This document shows positions 40,021-51,879 of a stretch of 64,000 nt of DNA, piece after piece. Every line of letters begins with the position of its first letter. Within the stretch, counting starts at the first letter, position 1. The notes under the pieces are model-generated. The model was not told the DNA's origin and ran no database searches. It saw only the letters and a list, made by a program, of their open reading frames with translations. Both the position numbers and the translations under genes were made by a program. The stretch comes from Haliotis rufescens (Eukaryota). Where the stretch lies: contig NW_025963779.1 of assembly GCF_023055435.1 (NCBI RefSeq), forward strand, positions 36,270,001-36,334,000, in the 5' to 3' direction.

Positions 40021-41429
40021 TAGTGATACAGGTGACTGTCCTGATACCGTCCTCACTACAACCTAAACACCGCGAGGCTACCGGGACTTGGAGGTATGAC
40101 GTTTTGATATGACTGTATGTCAAGTCACGAAACCCCAGAGCCCCACTTAACAAAGCCTAATCGCTACTCCTGGGTGCTTTCATGTAAAAAAGGTAAAAGA
40201 TCGGAGTAATGTTTCGTTATCATATACCATATTAATATCGCATCAGTTTAGTTGCCTGTGTATGGACGTTTATTTAAAAATGTATCAAAGCTAAAATTAT
40301 TCTGAATGTTTCTTCAATTTAATGAGGAACAATGTGTTAATATGTTGTTAAACACGAGTCTTTTTGAGTCATTGGACACAAAAGGAAGCAAACATGTCTG
40401 ATCCAATCACAAGGTGACTGGATCTAGTTTGTACACACACACACGCATATTATTATGATGATATACTATCGAAAACAGTGATGAAGGATAAACGGGTTAT
40501 TATCATGTAACCATGATGCGAAATCATCACGATTAATCACAGCACAGTACCGCGACATAACTTCAGCTGCCACATATGGCACAATCTTACACATATACAC
40601 ATGCCGACCTATGTTTAACATAGACAAACCATAACGATCTGCTACAGCTACTTCCAATTACGCATACGCCACGATTAAAGCATATCTCCCTTCAAATTAG
40701 CAAAAATATACTGTATTTGCAAAATCATATGGGTTGATGAATACTAGTATATAATGTACCGACTGACCGATGACGTCATGGGTGTACTGTCATATTAGTG
40801 ATATCACCCTTTGATAATGTGCGTACGCACGTCTTCCTACGAAAATACCCACTGGCATCCGGAAGTGTCAAGTTTACATGAACATGAACATGTACTGAAT
40901 TTACGACATTGTATCTTTTTAATGGAATCTGGTGTACAGTTGTACATGGCCTAAGCCTTGCACACTATCAATGTACACACATACATAGATACATACACTG
41001 TACAAATGACATAACAGCACCATTTGTACAGCATAAATCATATTTATCATATAATAAAAATATAAAGTTTGGGTTTCTCGACAGCGATACTTGCCTATAA
41101 GGCTGTATGACTCATTGATCAAAGGACCTTGGTATTAAAAATAGGGGGACTGATTTTTGCCCCTCTTCCGCAACATAACTCGGATACCTTTCACACCAAT
41201 CAAATCTTTACACCAAACACAATTTCCAGATATATCACCATGCACTAATATAATGCATTCATCCCATATAAGCAAGCTCATTAAGAATCTTCTTTTCAAC
41301 ATCTCACAACAAATTATAACAGTAAGTTTCTAGTTTGCAGATGAAGTCGGGATTTCAGTGACGACTGCAAAGAATAAAATACTCATTCATCAGAACAAGT
41401 TCGTTTACTTGGACCCGAGAATGCCTTGA

Positions 41430-41670
41430 GATGGATCCACCTGGTACCAAGGCTTAGATAATGGACCTCTCTGGTATCAAGAGTTTGATAACGATGGGCC
41501 GTCTGGTAGCATGACCTAGATACCATGGACCCGTTACCAAGGTTTTCATGGCATGGACCCGTCTGGCATCATGGCTTAGATAACATGGACCCTTCTGTAC
41601 CAAGGCATACAACATGGACCAATCGTGTTTCAAGGCTTTTATAGCAAGGACCTGTCTGGTAATAAGGTAT
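41430..41670. repeat. Degenerate ~30-bp minisatellite in the presumed SLC20 3' UTR
   Basis: Recurrent atggacc(c)...ggtaccaaggcttagataac units. Confidence 0.7.
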
Positions 41671-41829
41671 ATTGTCTAATCTGTGTTCTTTGTAAAATAG
41701 AGCTCGTCTTCATCAATTTACAAACTAACCTAAAGATGTGAATACCCAGTTGATGCAGTATGAGATTGCTCTTCGAGATCGAGTCCATCTTAATGACATC
41801 GTCATTATCACGTGGTCGTAAGCAGCCAA

Positions 41830-42067
41830 TCAGATGAGTTCTCTCAACCCGGCAAACGCTGCTGCACTTAGCAATCCAGAGATGGGCAGGGTCACAAGCC
41901 AGGCAATGATGATGTTCCGGAACAATTTCCAATCCACGTTTTCGTTGGATCGAACTCTGCCGACGAAGACGATGCTGCCAACTTTGCAGTGGGTGGTGCT
42001 GATGGGGATGCCGATGTTGGACGCGATGAGGACGGTAAGCGCTGAACCTATCTCGATGCAGAACCCA
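41830..42067 (-). CDS. slc20a: SLC20/PiT Na+-phosphate transporter, coding exon 13 (last)
   Basis: [32 protein letters not shown]...[19 protein letters not shown]...stop; AG acceptor. Confidence 0.97.
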
Positions 42068-42245
42068 CTGAAACACAAAACAAGCCAAGTTACATGTGGT
42101 TGGTTTAGTCGTGAACGTATGACCATCTGACAGGTTCCCGACTGTTTAGTCGGCTTTCTTCGTGACCTTCAGTCTTCATTGGTGTAATTTAATTCTAAAC
42201 TAAATGCCACTACTTTGGACCGTTCTTTCTCTTAGGTACCATAAG

Positions 42246-42410
42246 GGCGGTCGGGTAACCTAGTGGTTAAAGCGTTCGCTCGTCACGCCGATGACCCGGG
42301 TTCGATTTCCGATATGGGTACAATGTGTGAAGCCCATTTCTGGTGTCGCCCGCCGTGATATTGCTGGAATAGTGCTAAAAGTGGCGTAAAATCATTCTCA
42401 CTCACTCACT
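42246..42410 (+). mobile_element. SINE S3 (tRNA-Asp-like head)
   Basis: TAGTGGTTAAAGCGTTCGCTCGTCACGCCGATGACCCGGGTTCGATTTCC, followed by a body and (CACT)n tail. Confidence 0.85.
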
Positions 42411-42420
42411 AAGGTACTAT

Positions 42421-42790
42421 ACACCTGGACCACATTACTGTAGGCCTGTCTTTCTCAGTGGTTCTATACCTCATTTGGATGATGATGTTTTAGGCAGAAA
42501 GTTTCAAATGTTGACGTAAGACACCTAGATCAGATACCTTAGACCGTTCTTCCCACATGTGACCATATGACATCTGGATCGTGTTACTTTACACTGCTCC
42601 CCCCCCCCCCCCCCCCCCCCCCCCTAAGGTGACCAGAAGACACCTACACCGTGTTACTTTAGACCGTCCTTCCCCCATGTTAACATGAGACACATAGATG
42701 GCACCACTTCAGACCAGTCTTCCTCAGTGATTCTATAACCCACCTAGATGGTGTTACTTTGGACAGATCTTCTCCCATGGTCTTCATGAC
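42421..42790. repeat. Degenerate 50-bp tandem repeat overlapping the end and splice donor of exon 12
   Basis: cacctagat-like starts near 42421, 42471, 42521, 42571, 42641, 42691 and 42741. Confidence 0.7.
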
Positions 42791-42929
42791 TCTCCTGCCA
42801 AGAACACACAGTCCGATTGAGATTCCCACACCTCCGTACAGCAGGATCCAGACAGGAGTGGCTGCCTTCTGTGATACTGTGCCATCGATTGATATCATCC
42901 ACAGCGCCACCACTGGGCCGATAGCATTA
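42744..42929 (-). CDS. slc20a: SLC20/PiT coding exon 12
   Basis: [11 protein letters not shown]...[18 protein letters not shown]; 186 nt, GT/AG. Confidence 0.97.
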
Positions 42930-43540
42930 CTGGACAAAATGAATGCATAAGGTGTATACCATCACCATTAATACCATGAACAACAATAATCGCAATATTC
43001 TTCATGTAAGTGGTAATGTTTAAAAACACAAAATTATAAAGTAAGGAGTGAATTGATATCCTCTGGTGAGTAACCTGGTTAGGTGTCATTATACCAAATT
43101 GTGCTCATGCTATCAACCACTGGCCCTGGATCGAATATTTATATGCGGTCATGACATAACTGTTATACTGGTGAGTGAGCACGACACACGTGTTATAGGT
43201 TCAAGGTGTCTGCAAACCCAAACGTCTAACAGATTTATCATTAGATTTAATTTTTATCTGACAAACATTTATGTCCTGGTTTCTCGAATTCAGTTTTCTG
43301 TGCGAGTATTCTGGGGAGGAATAGGTCCCCAGTACCCCTATGCTTTCCGTAGGAGCCCAATACAATAAGGGTCGGGGGGTGACAATGTTCCATCATACCC
43401 TGACGGCGTATTTTGCTGTCAGTCAGTATTTTAGCTCGATTCAGACCACTGTGATATAGCTATATACTGTGATATAATTTCAGGCCTCTTTCCTTTTATT
43501 AAATGCCCCTTGCACAATATAAACAACGGGAAAATCTTAC

Positions 43541-43662
43541 CTGACGTCATTTCCGCCATGCGCAAATGACCCAAACACTGCGGTGAGAATTTGAAGGAAT
43601 GAGAAAAGTTTGGCCGTTTCCGGTTTGTCTTCCACATTCTTACGAGCCAATGCTAGTCGCGC
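43541..43662 (-). CDS. slc20a: SLC20/PiT coding exon 11
   Basis: [41 protein letters not shown], the second PiT signature. Confidence 0.96.
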
Positions 43663-43843
43663 CTGCAAAGAATATGAAGGTGACGATATGAACACTTCAG
43701 TCTCTAAGTAAAATATGTTTCGAATGTGTCAAAATCTAGTCTATATGATTAATCATTGTTTAAAACCCCATTAGCAGCCTTTTCGTGGGGACATAATTCA
43801 TAGGTATCAGCTGGTAATTTTCAATGCATCAGCGCCGACTGAC

Positions 43844-43914
43844 CTCATTGTCTGTTTCAAGTTCCCCTTCCGTTTCACCGGTGCTGATGGACACATCGGC
43901 GTCTCCCTTACCTG
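43844..43914 (-). CDS. slc20a: SLC20/PiT coding exon 10 (intracellular loop)
   Basis: AGKGDADVSISTGETEGELETDNE; phase 1 to 0 fits neighbours; NAGNAG acceptor. Confidence 0.8.
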
Positions 43915-44120
43915 CTGAAAATAAGGTAACGTCGTCAGATTTCAGTGAGTTTTATTTTTTAATCTTTTAGCACTAGTCAACCAATATCATGGCCGGGCAC
44001 ACCAGGAATGGACTTTACCAATTGTATATATACAGGGAGCCGAACCCGGGTCAATGGGTGTTCGAGCGAATACTTTAACCGCTTGGCTACTCAACCGACC
44101 TACCTCGAAAAGAATGTCAG

Positions 44121-44563
44121 TGAGTAAGCGGTATTCCAGTTATATCATGGCGCGTCAGCTTGATGCAGGAGGAAATACCGAAGTGATGCCGTTCCTAGAC
44201 GTTTACCACTTTGGTGATTTTGTTTGTTTGTTGTTCAACGCCACACTCAGCAATATTCCAGCTATATCACGGCGGTCTGTAAATAATCGAGTCTGTACCA
44301 GACAATCCAGTGATTGACATCATGAGCATCGATCGAAGCAATTGGGATACTATGACATGCAACAACCAAGTCAGCGAGCCTGACCACCCGATCCTGTTAG
44401 TCGCCTCTTACGACAAGCATAATCACCTTTTACGCCAAGCATGGGTTGCTGAAGGCCTATTCTACCCCGGACCTTCACGGGTTACCACTTTGGAGAAACC
44501 CACGGTATGGTGCTGACAAACCAAGAAACACAATGGAGCGCATCTTGGATTCGAACCCATGAT
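44121..44563 (-). mobile_element. SINE S1 interrupted by an S2 insertion (44218-44481)
   Basis: TSD ttaccactttgg(t/a)ga at 44203-44217 and 44482-44496. Confidence 0.85.
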
Positions 44564-44812
44564 CATTTTATTGTGCATACGTCATAATGAACTATCTAGG
44601 GCTAATAAGGTAAAACAAGTGAACCAAACCACATTGAACATTGGGTACAATTTCATACCAATCCAGCCAGCTATAGTAAAAAGTGTTGCATATATCACAT
44701 TATTAGCATGGACTATCAATAGACAGTGAAGCAAATACTATCAGGACTTTGTTGGTGACAGATGAAAGGGGTTTGGGGTTTGGGGTTTGGGTTAAATGCA
44801 AAGAGTTTTCAC

Positions 44813-44876
44813 CTTCAGGGCCGCCATTGAGCAACTTATGTGTTTGTTCGTCTTCCTGGTTATTTGCAGCCTCGTC
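44813..44876 (-). CDS. slc20a: SLC20/PiT coding exon 9 (loop)
   Basis: DEAANNQEDEQTHKLLNGGPE; 64 nt, phase 0 to 1. Confidence 0.75.
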
Positions 44877-45066
44877 CTGAAACCATCACGTGACAATGAA
44901 GATATATCCTGTTCCAGCTTACACTTCAATATACATCTAGTTCCGGATTGGCCAAAACGATTTTTAATAGTTTATGGTAACATTATTTAGTTGGAAAAAA
45001 TATATATTTCGAGACACAATATGTACAAGTACATGTAACTGTATCTGAAACAAATCAGCTACATAC

Positions 45067-45095
45067 CTTTGTGTTGTGGTTACTATCTCCGGTGG
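45067..45095 (-). CDS. slc20a: SLC20/PiT coding exon 8 (29-nt micro-exon)
   Basis: tttcAG|CCACC...AAAG|GTATGT; needed for phase 1 to 0 continuity; encodes ATGDSNHNTK. Confidence 0.7.
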
Positions 45096-45754
45096 CTGAA
45101 ACAAATAAGAATATCTATGAGGGACTATCTACAGGACGACTAGGTAATAACAACTCGCGATCTACTTCAGCCATGACAGTTGTATATTAGTATTAGCAAG
45201 GTATTATCGTGATAGTTAATTTACAACGGATCGCAATAGAGTAGGCTTACTTACCTATTAAATATGTCATAGGCAAAATGTTTTTGTTTTCGTTAAATGT
45301 TCAACTACTATGACTTATCAATTGCGATTGATCGATACCGATTTTCTAAAGTGAGATCGGTAAACAAGTAATCTGCTATTGGCGACTCAAGGGGAGCTGG
45401 GGCTACTCAGTGTCATCGGGGTATCACTATTTTGGGGAAAGATAGTGTAGAATATGTGCTTTACATCACTTCCTGTTATGAATTATGCATAATCATTATG
45501 CAAATGACCTAGGTTGGGTCAACGGACATCAACGGTTCATCGGACAAACAAATGGGTTCTTTTCTTACAAATTTCGAATGGAAGTACGGATAATGCCACT
45601 TCAAAAATATTCCAGAAATACATATCAAGACGTTACTATGGTTACTTCAAGTGGCCGTGACATTCCTCAGCGAGTCCTGAATTCGATGAAATATCGTGCT
45701 TGGTTAACAGCCGACACAGTGTTGGGTTTAATGCCGCTTTGAACAGTCTTCATT

Positions 45755-46425
45755 TTTGTTTGTTTGTTTCTTTGTTTGTAGGGGGCACGGGTGGCCCAGT
45801 CGTCTAAGGCGCCGCGATTCGCTGTGCAGAGCCGCGTCCCTCGGGCACGCCAGAAACCTAGGATTGTGGGTTCGCCCCGATTATGTTTCTAGGTTTGTCA
45901 GCACCATACCCGTGGGTTTCACCGAAGTGGTAAACGTCAGAGACCTGCATCACTTTGGGCTTTCCACCCACATTAAGCTGACACGCCGCGATATAACTGG
46001 AATACTGTTAAAAGCGGCGTTAAACCCAACTCACTCACTCACTCACCCCATTCTTTGTTTGTTGTTTAACGCCGCTCTCGGCAATATTCAAGCTATATGA
46101 CGGCGGTCTGTAAATTATCGAGTCTGGACATCATGAGCATCGGTATACGAAATTGGGATACGATGACATGCATCAACCAAGTCAGCGAGCCTGACCACAC
46201 GCTCCCGTTAGTCGCCTCTTACTAGTTATATCACGGCGTGTCAGCTTAATGTGGGAGGGAAGCCCGAAGTGATGCAGGTCCGAGACGTTTACCACCTTGG
46301 TGAAATCCACGAGCACAGTAAGATACTGACAAACCTAGAAACATAATTGGAGCGAACCGGGATTTGAACCCACAATCATAGGTTTCTGGCGTACCCAAGG
46401 GACGCAACTCAGGGGACGCAACTGT
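45755..46425. mobile_element. Nested SINEs: S1 (+, 45781-46048) inserted in the tail of S2 (-), followed by an S1 fragment (-)
   Basis: TSD ttctttgtttgt flanks the S1 copy. Confidence 0.8.
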
Positions 46426-46461
46426 GTAAATCGAATGTCTCCATCTGTTTCATATCCATAC

Positions 46462-46554
46462 CTGACTCCGGTGTGGGTGGTACATAGATATCGACTTTAG
46501 GCTCGGTTTTCTCGCCCTCTTCGGACTCAGTGAGACGCACAACGGCCGTATAAG
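46462..46554 (-). CDS. slc20a: SLC20/PiT coding exon 7 (loop)
   Basis: AYTAVVRLTESEEGEKTEPKVDIYVPPTPES; 93 nt, phase 1 to 1. Confidence 0.8.
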
Positions 46555-46653
46555 CTGAAACCACAAAGAATCCCAGATGCACACATATGGAATATGAAAA
46601 AACTATATATGACTTTTTTTATGGGGTGGAGGTCCTAAAATAAATCAACTCAC

Positions 46654-46773
46654 CCTGTATTCTTTTCCGTTGCCAGGGAACGATGACGAAGTACACAAGC
46701 AGCGCCACCACAAGGCCAAGGCCGAACGACAGTATGAAGACACCATACAGAGGAATACGATCAAAGTGCAACA
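46654..46773 (-). CDS. slc20a: SLC20/PiT coding exon 6
   Basis: MLHFDRIPLYGVFILSFGLGLVVALLVYFVIVPWQRKRIQ. Confidence 0.93.
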
Positions 46774-46895
46774 CTGAAATAAGGGATAATGTTGCCATGG
46801 ATACATGAATAGATTGCAATACGTAGATACTCTAAATATAGTAAGAATCCGGAATCATGCAGTACGTAAGATATGTCGAGTCTTGGACAGATAAG

Positions 46896-47115
46896 GTGGC
46901 ACGGGAGGCCCAGTCGTCTAAGGCGCCACAAATCGCTGTGCAGAGTTGCGTCCCTTGGCCGCGACAGACACCTATGATCGTGGGTTCGAATCCCGGTTCG
47001 TCACGATTATGTTTGTAGGTTTGCCAGCACCAAGACCTGCATGACTTTGGGCTTTCCTCCCACATTAAACTGGTATACTGTTCAAAGCAGCATTATACTT
47101 ACTCACTCACTCACT
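46896..47115 (+). mobile_element. SINE S1
   Basis: Homologous to 32863-33131, with an (ACTC)n tail. Confidence 0.8.
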
Positions 47116-47535
47116 CGGACAGATAAACCAGTGGTTGATAATATGAAGTGGTGGGGTTAATATGACTAGCAATCAGCAAGGTCACACAGAGTCAACATCC
47201 GATCCTAATCTTAGTCGACTATTATGACAAGCATGGTTTATAAGCGAATTGGGGTCAATTCTTCCCGCCCCCAGATCATAAACAAATGTCCGTTCCGGGG
47301 AGAACACACGCAGTGTGATCAGGGGGTGTCTGTTTTGAACAGTAGAGTAGTCATCTCTGAAATACAGGGACAGGGATACAAGCAATATTCGACAATTATC
47401 ATGGCGAGAAATCGTACCCATGTGGAGAATCGAACCCGGGTCTTCGGCGTGATTGGCCAACGCTTTAACCACTCGGCTACCTAACCACTGCTCAGAAATA
47501 TAGAAATATGAAAAACTTATTGATCGAAGACTCAC

Positions 47536-47632
47536 TTTCAGATCCTTCGTAGAAAACGGAGAAGGCATTGATGACCACAGTGACGCCATAAAACACTGGG
47601 AGGAGACGCAGTCCTGGTTCGAGGGGCTTTTC
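47536..47632 (-). CDS. slc20a: SLC20/PiT coding exon 5
   Basis: EKPLEPGLRLLPVFYGVTVVINAFSVFYEGSE; 97 nt. Confidence 0.95.
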
Positions 47633-47651
47633 CTGGTGGAGAGAGAAAGGT

Positions 47652-48009
47652 GAGGTGAGGTGAAATTGGGTTTAACGTCGCGTCCAAGATTATTGCACTT
47701 ATATAGCGACGTGCATGCACGTGTATGTGTGTGTGTGGCTGCTTGTACTAGTCCGGACTGATGCCGATTTATAGTGCTAGCTCACTGAGATACCATGCCG
47801 CAGTTTAACATGAATACCCCACTCAGACACAGTATACTGACTCCGAGCCGACCAGTCCTTGTTTTAGCCCCTTAATGCCGAGCGCCAGACAGGGTAACAA
47901 CAAGTACAATCTTTTAACGTCTTTTTGTATGACGCGGCCCGGGATCGAACCCTGGACCTTCCGCTCTCCGGGCGGACGCTCTACCACAAGACCACGGAGG
48001 CGGTCCCGA
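47652..48009 (-). mobile_element. Full-length SINE S4
   Basis: 14-bp TSD ggagagagaaaggt at 47638-47651 and 48010-48023; tRNA-like head; (CACCT)n tail. Confidence 0.92.
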
Positions 48010-48393
48010 GGAGAGAGAAAGGTCGAGTATACATTGCAACTCCGCTATTACGAACCAGAGTTGATTCCTATACAGTGTAATTAACGTTCTTGTTCAATAA
48101 AGACATCTTTATTAAATACATCAGAGTTGGTGAGCTGGCTCGTGGGCATTTCACAATGAGAGCAAATAAGATCTACCCCAGGGTCCCTTTCTTGAAGCGA
48201 TCTTAGTGCTAAGGCGATCATATACTTAAATCTAGACTGTACTCCCATGAAAAAGGGGACCATTAAGAACAAACATATGCAAGCGTCATTAAATTACAAA
48301 GTTATGCATGTGCATATGGATCATGATTGAAGCATTATCTGAAATGACAAAACAGCGATCGAATGTTCTTAGAGGGAAGTCGGGGGATCTCAC

Positions 48394-48479
48394 CTTATTG
48401 AGGACGAACTTGCGGACCAGGAAAAACAAGACGGATGAAACAATACCGGACATGACTGGGCTGATGAACCAGCTACCAA
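48394..48479 (-). CDS. slc20a: SLC20/PiT coding exon 4
   Basis: IGSWFISPVMSGIVSSVLFFLVRKFVLNK; 86 nt. Confidence 0.96.
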
Positions 48480-48524
48480 CTGAAACACAATACGTACACT
48501 TTTTGAGAGGAAGCGTACTGAAGG

Positions 48525-48749
48525 AGTGAGTGAGTGAGTTGGGTTTAACGCTGCTTTTAACAGTATTCCTTTTATATACCACTCCGGGGAAACCCACGAG
48601 CACGGTATGGTGCTGACAAACCTAGAAACATAATCGGGGCGAACCGAGATTCGAACCCATAACCCACAATCATAGGTTTCTGGCGTGCCCAAGGGACGCA
48701 ACTCTGCACAGCGAATCGCGGGAACTAAGACGACTGGGCCACCCGTGCC
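48525..48749 (-). mobile_element. SINE S1 with an internal deletion
   Basis: Homology to other S1 copies. Confidence 0.8.
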
Positions 48750-48861
48750 ATCCGTACTAAAGGAAAAAAACAACAATTTAAGTTGAATAAGTTTCACTTT
48801 TGAGGATCTAAATGACGGATATCCGTTGGACAAAATGACAGCACCTTTCTTTGACTAATGT

Positions 48862-49250
48862 GTTTGTTGTTTTTGTTGTTGTTTGTTGTTTAACGACGCA
48901 CTCAGCAACATTCCTTGGCAAGTAAATCCCATGGCATGATGAGCATCGATCTACGAAATTGGGATACGATGACATGCATCAACGAGCCTGACAACTCGAT
49001 CCCCTTAGTCACCTTTTACGACAAGCATAGTCACCTCTGACGGCAATAATAGGCGATTATGCTTGTCGTAAGAGGCGACTAACGGGATCGGGTGGTCAGG
49101 CTCGCTGACTTGGTTGATGAATGTCTTCGTATCCCAATTGCTTGGATCGATGCTCATGATGTCAATCACTGGATTGTCTTGTCCAAACTTGATTATTTAC
49201 AGGCCGCCGTCATATAGCTGGAATATTGCTGAGAGCGGCTTTAAACAAAA
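48862..49250. mobile_element. Head-to-head inverted pair of S2 elements
   Basis: S2 on the minus strand to ~49045, then S2 on the plus strand from ~49050. Confidence 0.8.
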
Positions 49251-49856
49251 GAAAATAAAAAAAAAAGACAACCGTGCAACAAGTGGTTGTAAGTTTCGCT
49301 AAACATGTCAGACACGGACAAACCAAGCTGGATTGCCGTCATGTGCAGGAATTGAGGCGTCTTCATGTGCTACACCAGATGGTACTGTGACGTAGGCGCC
49401 GGGAATTGAAATCGATAAGAGTTGATCGATAATTGTTGTCACCCATACGTGTTCACTAGAGCGTATCCACAAGCACACAAAGAATGATTTTGTCGAAGCT
49501 CACCTTGAACACAAAACTCAACATCTTTCAAGCGAACTGAATACAATTAGTTCATACTAAGGTAGCCTTTTGAACGAGTCATTGTGACAAGATATCCCTC
49601 ACAAAGACGTACGGTGTCATGTATATAAATGCAGTCAGGATTATTCAAGTCAGCTGCCTCTATTCGTTTCCTTTCACATGATCATTATTCATATTTCCTG
49701 ACGCAGAGATCTAAAGATCCAGAGCCAGCGGTGCTATAACGTCACACCACGCGTTGAGAACGCTTTGTGAAGCGTTGACAACGCTTTGTGAAGCGCTGAC
49801 AAGTTGATACAGTGATTATTATTTCATCTCCACCCAAGAACACTTCGACCACACTC

Positions 49857-50015
49857 GTGTGTGTGTATGGTTTTTACGCCGCTTCTAGTAATATTCCAGC
49901 AATATCACGGCGGGGGACATCCGAAATTGGCTTCTCACATTGTACCCATTTTGGGAATCGAACCCGGTCTTCGGCGTGACGAGCAAACGCTTTAACACTA
50001 AGCTACCACCGCCCC
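49857..50015 (-). mobile_element. SINE S3
   Basis: Homology to 42246-42410. Confidence 0.85.
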
Positions 50016-50133
50016 TCTACAATCGTGGGTTCGTTCTATCGGGGTGTAAGGCATTGTCCTCCCTCCCCTTGTTTTTGGGTATGTTGCCAAGGCCAAGAAT
50101 CGGAGCTCACAGTTTTTTCAATACACTACTTAC

Positions 50134-50274
50134 TGATCAGGCCTAACTTCATCCAGCCGATGCCTCGGGCGCCATGAGCCACTACAGAGAAACCTATGGT
50201 AGCCCCGACAATGCTGTGTGTCGCGGAGATTGGCAGGCTGGCTATTGTTGCCCCGATCAGCATCACACAAGATC
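50134..50274 (-). CDS. slc20a: SLC20/PiT coding exon 3
   Basis: GSCVMLIGATIASLPISATHSIVGATIGFSVVAHGARGIGWMKLGLI; 141 nt. Confidence 0.96.
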
Positions 50275-50296
50275 CTGTGAGATAAATTAGATACAT

Positions 50297-50760
50297 TAGT
50301 GAGTGTGTGAATGAGTTGGTTTTAACGCCGCTTTGAACAGCATTTCAGTTGTATCACGGCGTGTCTGCTTGTTGTGCGAGAACGTTGGTTGGTTGGTTTG
50401 TTGTTTAACGCCGCACTCAGCAATATTCCAGCTATATGACGGCGGTCTGTAAATAATCGAGTCTGGACCAGACAATCCATTGATTGATATCATGAGCATC
50501 GATCCACGCAATTGGGTATCGATGACATGCATCAACCAAGTCAGGAGCCTGACCACCCTATCCCGTTAGACGCCTTTTACGACAAGTATAGTCACCTTTT
50601 ACGCCAAGCATGAGTTGCTGAAGACCTATTCTACCCTGGAATCTTCATGGGTCTGTGGGAGGAAGTGATGCAGGTAACGTTTGCCATGATCGTGAAACAC
50701 AGGAGCACCGGTTGGTGCTGACAAAGCAAGAAAGATCATCTGGATTCGATCCCACGATCA
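50297..50760 (-). mobile_element. Old S1 interrupted by S2 (~50383-50652)
   Basis: S1 tail, then a full S2, then the rest of S1. Confidence 0.75.
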
Positions 50761-50941
50761 TTTGTTTCTAGAACGCTAAAGGGAGACTGTCGCAATACAA
50801 GGTTCACTGTCAATAGGTGCAAGTGTTTTAATGTGTGTAGCTGTACCACCGTTTGAGTGTATGTGGCACACATCTACATGTATGTGGGACTAATGTTTTT
50901 TTCTCATATCAAGAGGGCAAGAAGGGAACAAGTTGACCCAC

Positions 50942-51043
50942 CTGAGAGAGCGGCAACATTGCCCACCATGAGTAAGGCCTCGCTGCCATTATATGCACTC
51001 ACGTCGATAATACCCTTCCGTATTGTGTCTGACACTCGGGATC
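50942..51043 (-). CDS. slc20a: SLC20/PiT coding exon 2
   Basis: GSRVSDTIRKGIIDVSAYNGSEALLMVGNVAALS; 102 nt. Confidence 0.96.
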
Positions 51044-51606
51044 CTGCAACAATGAAGACTCAGATATCAAGGCGTTCAGATATCAAGTTATTACTGCTCT
51101 GCCGTTGATATCTACACCAGGATATAACACATGATATCATCATGAAGCGCACCATAAAACTGTGTACTGCTCAAAGGGCTGAGACCCTGTTTAAGTCCGT
51201 ACTTTGCAATGCAGCGAACCGCTTCTGGTCCTTGAATGACATACGATATACCAAATGGCCGGTGGACAACGAGAAATGAAGTCTCGTTCTCGAAGCCCAG
51301 TTAGTGATCATTTGTATCACATTTACGTTTCGTTTTACCTGTTTTGCCAGTCAAGAGTTAACGAGTAAGGAGTTAAACGCCGCTTTGAGCATAAGTATGG
51401 TGGCATCACACAATTACAGTTTAACAGACGAACAACTAACATTGACGATCACCGGTTAGGCGAAACACACTTCATTTAGTAATTGAATGCCCGGGATTTG
51501 GGCGAGCTTAATGGGTTCTTTTCGGTCAGTGCTTTGAACAGTATTTCTGTTTTACGTCAGGTTATTATAACTTGCTCACCCATATCACTAAGTTCATAGT
51601 GAGCAG

Positions 51607-51879
51607 GTGAGTTGGGTTTAACGCCGCTTTTAATACTATTTCAATTATATCACGACGTGTCAGCTTAATGTGGGATGATAGCACTAAGCGACTGCAGGTC
51701 TCGGACTTTTACCACTTTTTGTGTAACCCATGAAAACCACATTATGGTGCTGTGAGAAACGGAGAAACATGATCGGGGCTAACCGAGATTCGAACCCATA
51801 ATCATAGGTTTCTGGGGAAAGGGACGCAACTCTGCACAGCAAAATGCGGTTCCTTAGACGACTGGGCCACCCGTGCCCC
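51607..51879 (-). mobile_element. SINE S1
   Basis: Homology to other S1 copies. Confidence 0.85.

Noticed and set aside
42246-42320. tRNA-Asp gene (also at 38.5, 50.0, 55.2 and 60.1 kb)
   Set aside because: No intact acceptor stem; each continues into a shared SINE body and tail.
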